Source: Thermoproteus tenax Kra 1 (lineage in GTDB: Archaea > Thermoproteota > Thermoprotei > Thermoproteales > Thermoproteaceae). Taken from it: DNA of 32,000 nt. The DNA lies in the NCBI RefSeq assembly GCF_000253055.1, contig NC_016070.1, positions 1,710,001 to 1,742,000 of the forward strand, read 5' to 3'. Positions 25,788 to 32,000 of this stretch are shown piece after piece; within the stretch, counting starts at the first letter, position 1; each line of letters begins with the position of its first letter. The notes below the pieces were generated by a model that had not been told where the DNA came from, ran no database searches, and was given only the letters and a program-made list of their open reading frames with translations. The position numbers and the translations under genes are program-made.

Positions 25788-26678
25788 CTACTTCTTAGCT
25801 TCAGATATCTTCTTGATCAATATCGGCACTATCTTATAAAGGTCCTCAACCACGCCGTAATCGGCGTACTGGAAGATGGGCGCGCTCGGGTCGGAGTTTA
25901 TAGCCGCTATTATCCTCGAGTCAAGTATGCCGGCTATGTGTTGTGGTTGACCTGAGATCCCGATCGCCAGATAGAGCTTGGGGCGCACCTTGTGTCCCGA
26001 CAGGCCGACCCAGTGGTCTTCCGAGAGCCACTTCAGATCAGCCGCTATGGGCCTAGAGCAGCCCACTTGGCCCCCCATTGCTCGCGCCAAATCGAACGCC
26101 ATGGCCAGATCCTCCCTCTTCTTAAACCCCCTTCCCACAGATACAATTATCTCGGCCTCCTCGATCTTGACGCCCCCAGACGCCTTAGGCTCAACGCCGC
26201 CTGTCTTAAACAACTGGATCGGCTGGGGCGTCAACTCGACCACTCTAGAGGGGACCTTTGGGGGCTCCCCCAAGAATTTGCCGGGGGCAACCGTCATGAC
26301 CAGCGGCCTTCTCGCTCTGATAGTAGCTATTGCCTTGTTCCCGAACACATATCTATCGGCTATGACCTCCTCCCCCTCGACTCTAAATGATATGACGTCC
26401 ACCAAGAATGATGCGCCTAGTCTCTGTGCCACGTAGGCGCCCAGCGTTCTTGAATTCTTAGTCGATGGCATAATGACGACATCGTAGTCCTTGGCCAACT
26501 GCAGAACTGCGCCCACTCTAATGCCCAGATCCCGCGGATCGCCTGAGATCTTGTATATCGTCTGTGCCCCCTCCGCCGCCTTCAGCTCGGCGTCGCCCAC
26601 GGCGACGGCCGAGACCTCTCCGACAATGGATGCCGCGTAGAGAGCCTCCTTGTTGGGGAAGACGACGAGAGACCTCAT
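25788..26678 (-). CDS. etfA: Electron transfer flavoprotein alpha subunit
   Basis: Shows the C-terminal FAD-binding signature PKLYLAIGISGQPQHIAGILDSRIIAAINSDPSAPIF. Confidence 0.85.
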   Translation of the reverse strand: MRSLVVFPNKEALYAASIVGEVSAVAVGDAELKAAEGAQTIYKISGDPRDLGIRVGAVLQLAKDYDVVIMPSTKNSRTLGAYVAQRLGASFLVDVISFRVEGEEVIADRYVFGNKAIATIRARRPLVMTVAPGKFLGEPPKVPSRVVELTPQPIQLFKTGGVEPKASGGVKIEEAEIIVSVGRGFKKREDLAMAFDLARAMGGQVGCSRPIAADLKWLSEDHWVGLSGHKVRPKLYLAIGISGQPQHIAGILDSRIIAAINSDPSAPIFQYADYGVVEDLYKIVPILIKKISEAKK

Positions 26679-27451
26679 AGTATCCCCTCCTGTTTTAAAT
26701 ATTGAAGCAGTCTATCTGCCTTCTCCTCCGGGGTCCCGTCCTTTATTATCACCTTCTTCCGCTGTATCACGACCGGTTTATACTCCTTTACTTCAGAGCC
26801 AGACGTAGCTTTTAAGCCCAAGTCGGCCAAAGCCAGTTTGTTCACGGGCTTCTTCATGGCCGCCCTTATGGCGAGCAACGTGGGGATCCTGGGCTGATTT
26901 ATCTCCCTGGTTACCGAGATTACTGCCGGCGGTTGCACCTCGACTAGCTCCACCGAGTCCTCCAGATCCCGTTTGGCCACGACCTTGCCCCCCTCGACTT
27001 TCATCTCTCTTACGTAGGTCACTATGGGCCATCCGAGCTCCGCTGCAACTCTCGGAGGGACCTCCCCAGTGTAGTTGTCCACTGTGGCTTCAGCCGATAG
27101 GACGAGGTCTGCGCCCACCCTCTTGATCACAGCAGCAATGGCCTGCGCAGTGGCCAACTGGTCTGCGTTGACGAGCCCCTCGTCTGCAACCAGGTATGCC
27201 TCGTCGAGTCCCATGGCTAAGACCTCTCTGAGTAAATTCTCTGCCTCTTGGACCCTCTTGGAAAGGGGCGGCCACTTAAGCACTGAGACGGCATAGGCCT
27301 TGTCGTTGCCCTTGAGCTTCAACGCCTCCTCGACGGCGTTGCGATCTATATCGTTGATTTTCAGGGGAGTCTCCTCGATGACGACCCTCCCCTCTCTGAC
27401 TCTAAGTTGACTTGTGTCCAATGCCGGTTTAACTAATACCGCTATCTTCAT
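26675..27451 (-). CDS. etfB: Electron transfer flavoprotein beta subunit
   Basis: Has the MKIAVLVKPALD start and an ETF-beta-like layout. Its stop overlaps the etfA start by 4 nt. Confidence 0.85.
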   Translation of the reverse strand: MKIAVLVKPALDTSQLRVREGRVVIEETPLKINDIDRNAVEEALKLKGNDKAYAVSVLKWPPLSKRVQEAENLLREVLAMGLDEAYLVADEGLVNADQLATAQAIAAVIKRVGADLVLSAEATVDNYTGEVPPRVAAELGWPIVTYVREMKVEGGKVVAKRDLEDSVELVEVQPPAVISVTREINQPRIPTLLAIRAAMKKPVNKLALADLGLKATSGSEVKEYKPVVIQRKKVIIKDGTPEEKADRLLQYLKQEGIL

Positions 27452-27507
27452 TACGAGGCTATGCTATGCCAATTTAATAATATTCTCTCGACTAGTTCGT
27501 AAAAATA

Positions 27508-28584
27508 TTACGCAGTGCGCCAGCGTAGCTTTCTCTCTAAGTATTCGTTGACGTACGGGGCAACTTTCATGCCGGCTCCCAATGCCTTCCCTATCAAAGA
27601 CGGCCCGTGTACTACGTCCCCTGCCGCGAAGACCCCCTCCCTCGTCGTCCGGAACTGCTCGTCAACGTTAATAGTTCCATCGGGATTTAGCTTTATCCCG
27701 GCACAGTTGTCCGGAAACGGCGGAGTGGGCTCCTCCCCTATTGCCAACAGGACAGTATCGAACTCCTCCGAGAACTCGCTGCCCGGGATCGGCTCAGGCC
27801 TGGGCCTCCCGCTCTTATCTGGGGCACCTAACTTCATCTTTGTGAACACTACCCGCTCCACCCTTCCGCTACCCTCGAACTTAACGGGGTTCAACAGTTC
27901 TCTGAACTCTATACCCCTATCTATCAGCTCCTTCTTGATGTTGGCCTCCCCCGCTGGAGCCTCCTTTATAGTGCGCCTGTAGGCCACAACGACTTTCTTG
28001 GCTCCGTGCATCAGCGATTCGATGGCTGCATCAATCGCCGTAAGACCAGCGCCCACCACTAAAACCTTTGAGCCTAGAGGATAGACTTTCTCCTTGGGCA
28101 GATAGCCGAGCTCGTGAGAATAAAGTCTGAACAAGAAGTCCAACGCTTGGTAGACGCCCGGGAGGTCCTCGCCGGGCACGCCCATCTTTCTGCTCCTCCA
28201 TGTGCCGGTGGCTATGACCACGGAATCGTATTCGCCTATCAGTTTATTTATGTCTACAAACTCTTTGGCTAATAGCAAGGCATCGTGTTCTCTCGGCCTC
28301 TCGGCTCCGCAGTACACAAAAGTGGACGTGTGAAACACTACGCCCACTTGTCTCAGCTCTGCGACGCCCTCTCTGACCCCCTCCTTGGAGACTCTAAAGC
28401 TGGGTATGCCGAACATCAAGAGCCCCCCAGGCTCCGGCAGAGCGTCATAGACGTGAACCTCATGGCCGAAACACCTGATCTGGCCGGCGGCTCCCAGCCC
28501 GGCGGGGCCGGCGCCTATGACTGCGACGCGTTTGCCGGTGGGCGGTTTAATTGTATTTGGCTTGCACCGAAGCAAGAACTTCAT
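27508..28584 (-). CDS. GltD/SudA-like FAD/NAD(P)H oxidoreductase lacking the N-terminal Fe-S domain
   Basis: Shows RVAVIGAGPAGLGAAG, ALPEPGGLLMFGIPSFRVSKE, a second Rossmann segment VLVVGAGLTAIDAA, and GVFAAGDVVHG. At 358 aa it begins directly at the first dinucleotide fold. Confidence 0.75.
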   Translation of the reverse strand: MKFLLRCKPNTIKPPTGKRVAVIGAGPAGLGAAGQIRCFGHEVHVYDALPEPGGLLMFGIPSFRVSKEGVREGVAELRQVGVVFHTSTFVYCGAERPREHDALLLAKEFVDINKLIGEYDSVVIATGTWRSRKMGVPGEDLPGVYQALDFLFRLYSHELGYLPKEKVYPLGSKVLVVGAGLTAIDAAIESLMHGAKKVVVAYRRTIKEAPAGEANIKKELIDRGIEFRELLNPVKFEGSGRVERVVFTKMKLGAPDKSGRPRPEPIPGSEFSEEFDTVLLAIGEEPTPPFPDNCAGIKLNPDGTINVDEQFRTTREGVFAAGDVVHGPSLIGKALGAGMKVAPYVNEYLERKLRWRTA

Positions 28585-28614
28585 AGTAAAAGCTATTAGA
28601 GGCCTTAATATTTT

Positions 28615-29181
28615 TCACTTACGCGAAGCACAAAAATCTCTGGAAAATTTAGCCGAAAGGGCGGTGCAGACGAAGTCGAGCGCTATCCTCACAACATCGT
28701 TCTGAGAGAGATATGTAGTGTCAATGACTAAGTCAAACGGCGAGAGGTCGGTTATATCGATATTGTAGATCATCTTATATCTTCGCCTATTTAGCTCTTC
28801 CCTCTCTAGTATCTCCCTCAACGCCTCCTCGTACGTACGCCCATCGCGCAACGCCACCCTCCTAGCTCTTACATCAGCGGCCCCCTTGAGATAAATACAG
28901 ATATCTGCGTAGGGCCTCACGACCCACGCAGTCAAGTGGCCCTCAAGCACTGCATCGCCTCTCTTCGCCTCCTCTATAGCCATTTTGTCGACCTCTCTAT
29001 CTATTTCAAAGTTCTTTTCGGCGTATTTATGGAATTCTATCAAGTCCATTCCATACCTCTGCGCAAGTTCTCTAAATAAAGCTCCGGAAGACCTCAACCT
29101 AAGGCCCAACACGCGCGAGATCTCCCTGGCTACCGAGGTCTTTCCACTGCCCGGTTGGCCCGAAATTGCGACAACTACCAT
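28615..29181 (-). CDS. cmk: Cytidylate kinase, archaeal type
   Basis: Shows the P-loop ISGQPGSGKTS. It has the usual archaeal position directly after rpl34e, and the two genes share a 1-nt TAATG overlap. Confidence 0.8.
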   Translation of the reverse strand: MVVVAISGQPGSGKTSVAREISRVLGLRLRSSGALFRELAQRYGMDLIEFHKYAEKNFEIDREVDKMAIEEAKRGDAVLEGHLTAWVVRPYADICIYLKGAADVRARRVALRDGRTYEEALREILEREELNRRRYKMIYNIDITDLSPFDLVIDTTYLSQNDVVRIALDFVCTALSAKFSRDFCASRK

Positions 29182-29438
29182 TAAGACCTTATCGCCAGCC
29201 TCAGCGCTCGTTGAAGCACTTTATGGGAGACATAGCCGCCGTAGGGTCTAGAGGGAGCTCTTAACCTCTCTCTGCTGGTCTTAACCCTCTTTTCATCCAT
29301 CCCCTGTAGAACCTCGCCTGTTATTGCCCCTCTTGGGGGCGAGGCGAAGCGTTTGTAGTAATGAACTACGGTCCTGCCGCCGGGAGTCCTCCTCTGTACT
29401 CTTCTGAGAGAGCGGGAGCGCAGGGCCGGCTTTACCAT
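29181..29438 (-). CDS. rpl34e: 50S ribosomal protein L34e
   Basis: An 85-aa basic protein containing RSRSLRRVQRRTPGGRTVVHY. Confidence 0.85.
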   Translation of the reverse strand: MVKPALRSRSLRRVQRRTPGGRTVVHYYKRFASPPRGAITGEVLQGMDEKRVKTSRERLRAPSRPYGGYVSHKVLQRALRLAIRS

Positions 29439-29478
29439 GCGGGGTAGGTTCTGGGCTTTTTAAAATGTTTGCGCCGCG

Positions 29479-30144
29479 CTAATAGCTGGGGACAAAGACC
29501 CTCCTATCGCCGAGGCTTAACGTCGCCACTTTGACGCCATATATCTTGGACAATAGATCTACGTCAACCCGCTCAGGCTCCATCTGGACGGCGCGTCCCT
29601 CCCTCAAAAGCACAACCGAGTCCGCTACATTTATGAGGTCTAAGTCGTGTGACGCCACGACGAAGACCTTCGACTTTTTCAGTTTAGCAAGCAAGCCGAT
29701 TATGGAGCTTTTGCGCGCCAGGTCGAGGTTGGCCGTGGGCTCATCCATCAATACGACATCGCCTTCGGCGAGCGCCTTAGCCAGAAGCACCAGCCGTTTC
29801 TCGCCCGTGCTGAGGCGGGAGAAGATACGCCGTTCATAGCCCCCCAAACCGACGGCGCTCAACCAAGCCAGATAGTCCCTAGGCCTTCTTCCATCTCCAG
29901 CCAATAAGACGTCGATTACCCTTAGATCTACGTTGGAGAACTCTGCAGGCACGTAGCTGACAGCCCCTTTCAACTCAACTCTACCTGACGAAGGCCGATA
30001 GATGCCGGCGAGAGTTCTCAATAAGGTCGTCTTCCCGGCCCCATTCGGGCCCAAAATTAAGTTGATGCCGGGTACTATCCTCAATGTAACGTCTTGGAGC
30101 ACGTAGCGGTCGCCCAACTTAACGGTCAGAGACTCTACCCACAT
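29479..30144 (-). CDS. ABC transporter ATP-binding protein, iron-siderophore/cobalamin (FecE/BtuD) type
   Basis: Shows Walker A GPNGAGKTT, the signature LSTGEKRL and Walker B VLMDEPTANLD. It lies downstream of a FecCD-type permease. Confidence 0.85.
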   Translation of the reverse strand: MWVESLTVKLGDRYVLQDVTLRIVPGINLILGPNGAGKTTLLRTLAGIYRPSSGRVELKGAVSYVPAEFSNVDLRVIDVLLAGDGRRPRDYLAWLSAVGLGGYERRIFSRLSTGEKRLVLLAKALAEGDVVLMDEPTANLDLARKSSIIGLLAKLKKSKVFVVASHDLDLINVADSVVLLREGRAVQMEPERVDVDLLSKIYGVKVATLSLGDRRVFVPSY

Positions 30145-31099
30145 TTTTCAACACAAGCAAGATTACGGGCACTGAGAAGATCGAGGTTATTGCCGTCACG
30201 GGCACTGAAAAGCCGAGTGCCCCTCTGGCCAGTATGTCGGAGGCCAACAGCACAGGCGCGCCCACCGCTGCGCTGGAGGGAACCACCTCTCTGGCAGAGC
30301 TGTGCCCCAACATCTGTTTGACGATGTGCGGCACCATTAGTCCCACGAAGCCTATCACTCCGACTTGTGATACTACGAACGACACAGACAGAGATATCAT
30401 AGCTATCCAGAGGGCTCTATACGTGTTGGGTCTCAGCCTCCTCACGTGGGCCAGCTCATCGCTTATAGCGACCAAGTCCATACGCCTGGCCTCCCTTATG
30501 GCAAAAACCGTCATAAGCGCAACTATAGCGGCTAGGACGACGTCAATTCTATACCCCACGTAGTCAATATATCCGAAGAGCCAGAACGTGACCGGGGGTA
30601 TCTGCGGCATAAGCGACGACAGATAAGATAGACCTATAGTCGTAGCCGCCGAGAATAGATAGGAGACGGCGACCCCGCCTATGACGGTGGCATATACATC
30701 GCCTCTGCCTATAGCCAATGTCGTTATGCTGGCCGTTGTTGCGAAAAAGAATGCGAGAGGCACTTGATAAAGGATCAGATAGACAGGGGATAGGCCGGCC
30801 GCCACTAGGGCGTACGCCAACAAGGCCCCGAAGGCGGCGCCAGAGGCCGTGCCGGCTATATATGGATCTAGGAGCGGGTTCCTATATAGAGTCTGCATCA
30901 CAGCGCCCGACATGGAGAGAATGGAGCCTATAAGGGCCGCCGCAATGGCCGTGGGCAACCGTATGTACCAGACAATGACAGCGTAGTTTCCATCGAAGAA
31001 CTTATTCGGAGGTACAAAGACAGAGCCGGTCATTAAAAACGCGAAAAACAAGGGAGGTGTAGCCAGAGCGGATAAAAGTGCTATTCCTTTTGGGCTCAC
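30119..31099 (-). CDS. FecCD/BtuC-family ABC permease
   Basis: A polytopic membrane protein with FecCD-like segments. I prefer the GTG at 31099, which forms a GTGA overlap with the binding-protein stop. The tracked ATG at 31153 would overlap that gene by 58 nt. Confidence 0.8.
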   Translation of the reverse strand: MSPKGIALLSALATPPLFFAFLMTGSVFVPPNKFFDGNYAVIVWYIRLPTAIAAALIGSILSMSGAVMQTLYRNPLLDPYIAGTASGAAFGALLAYALVAAGLSPVYLILYQVPLAFFFATTASITTLAIGRGDVYATVIGGVAVSYLFSAATTIGLSYLSSLMPQIPPVTFWLFGYIDYVGYRIDVVLAAIVALMTVFAIREARRMDLVAISDELAHVRRLRPNTYRALWIAMISLSVSFVVSQVGVIGFVGLMVPHIVKQMLGHSSAREVVPSSAAVGAPVLLASDILARGALGFSVPVTAITSIFSVPVILLVLKNVGRVSDR

Positions 31100-32000
31100 G
31101 GGCTGTTTATCCCTTTTATTAATAAAGTTGCATTGAGACTCTTGAGGAACCACGCGGAGGTCAGACAGTGCGGCGCGTTGCCGGTAAGCACTTTGTGGAG
31201 CATGACCACGGCGTAGACAGACATGAGAGACGGCTCCTCAAGAGCGTCCTCCGGAAGGCCGGAGACCACGTAGACTCTGCCAGACCTATATGCAGCCACT
31301 TTATTGACGCCGGGGATGTTATCTAAAGCTTGCAACGCGTAGGTACAATTGCTCACGCCCATGGCTGAGAGCACGATTACGTCTGGATTTGAGGCTATCA
31401 AGAGCGAAGGCTCGAAGGGCCCCCAGCCCCCTCTCTCTATGGCGTTGATCCCTCCGGCCGCATCAACCACTGCCGATATAAATGTGTTGTTGCCGGCGGC
31501 GTAGAAGGATCCATCAGGATTTATCCAGACTATAACCGCGACGGACGCATTCAAGGGAGCTCCATATATCTCGAGCTCTCTGTTCATCCAAGTTACCAAT
31601 GCTTGGGCCCTCTGCTCTTTATGAAAGATCTTGCCCAGAGCTAGGAGATCCTCCTCTATCCCGGTTATGTTTGCCGCCAAAGTTCCTCTGAGGAAATAGA
31701 CGTTTAGACCTGTCTTGGGCAGATCCCGCGCCCAAAGTGCCTCAAAGCCTGCGTCGGCTAACACTATATCGGGATGTAGGAGCATCACGGTCTCGTTGAA
31801 ACCTGTCGGCGACATGGCATTTATCTTGATAACCTCGGCGTTGGCAGGGAGACAAGATGTGGCGTTCAACTCGCTCAATAGTTGATAGCTAAATTGGTCG
31901 AGGCCGATTATTCTATTACAGAGACCAAGGGCCACTAGCATCTGGGTTATACTGGGCGCTAGCGAGACCACAGTGGCGGGTTCAGAGGATATTACAAGGG
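31096..32000 (-). CDS. Periplasmic-binding-protein-like (FecB/BtuF/TroA class) substrate-binding protein; 5' end lies outside the window
   Basis: The frame stays open upstream of the first tracked start through the window edge (...VVSLAPSITQMLVALGLCNRIIGLD). It is first in a binding protein-permease-ATPase operon. Confidence 0.75.
   Translation of the reverse strand, partial: LVISSEPATVVSLAPSITQMLVALGLCNRIIGLDQFSYQLLSELNATSCLPANAEVIKINAMSPTGFNETVMLLHPDIVLADAGFEALWARDLPKTGLNVYFLRGTLAANITGIEEDLLALGKIFHKEQRAQALVTWMNRELEIYGAPLNASVAVIVWINPDGSFYAAGNNTFISAVVDAAGGINAIERGGWGPFEPSLLIASNPDVIVLSAMGVSNCTYALQALDNIPGVNKVAAYRSGRVYVVSGLPEDALEEPSLMSVYAVVMLHKVLTGNAPHCLTSAWFLKSLNATLLIKGINSP

Noticed and set aside
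1-32000. CRISPR arrays, rRNA genes or long dispersed repeats.
   Set aside because: I saw no regularly spaced direct repeats and no rRNA-like sequence. The only sizeable repeats are the shared arms of tRNA-Arg and tRNA-Lys and the paralogous purF segments.

Overview
The window looks like a chromosomal segment of a hyperthermophilic crenarchaeon, probably Thermoproteales (Pyrobaculum/Thermoproteus-like). This placement is inferred from reverse gyrase, ribosomal protein L34e, tRNA genes with several non-canonical introns, and A/T-rich TATA-like boxes centred about 23-27 nt upstream of most operon-leading start codons. About a third of the window (1-11334) is a nearly complete de novo purine biosynthesis cluster: purF, a purF-like paralog, purQ, purS, purD, purC, purM, folD, purN, purK, purE and purL. 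The rest holds three ABC transporter systems, a TGT-fold gene overlapping a QueF-like gene (7-deazaguanine/archaeosine chemistry), and a Trm112-like protein. It also holds a DHH phosphoesterase, three intron-containing tRNA genes, a radical-SAM gene overlapping an endonuclease III-like glycosylase gene, and a decayed IS200/IS605-type TnpB remnant with a very GC-rich tail. Reverse gyrase, etfBA, a GltD-like flavoprotein, cmk and rpl34e complete the set. No rRNA genes or CRISPR arrays were seen. The items most worth follow-up are: (1) the zinc-site-less minimal TGT-fold protein coupled to QueF-L; (2) the radical SAM / EndoIII-like two-gene operon; (3) an orphan ~285-nt, ~73% GC non-coding island after purL that I could not identify; (4) the TnpB remnant with a candidate omega-RNA scaffold; (5) a PurF paralog without the N-terminal catalytic cysteine. 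All functional calls come from motif recognition by eye. No database search was run.
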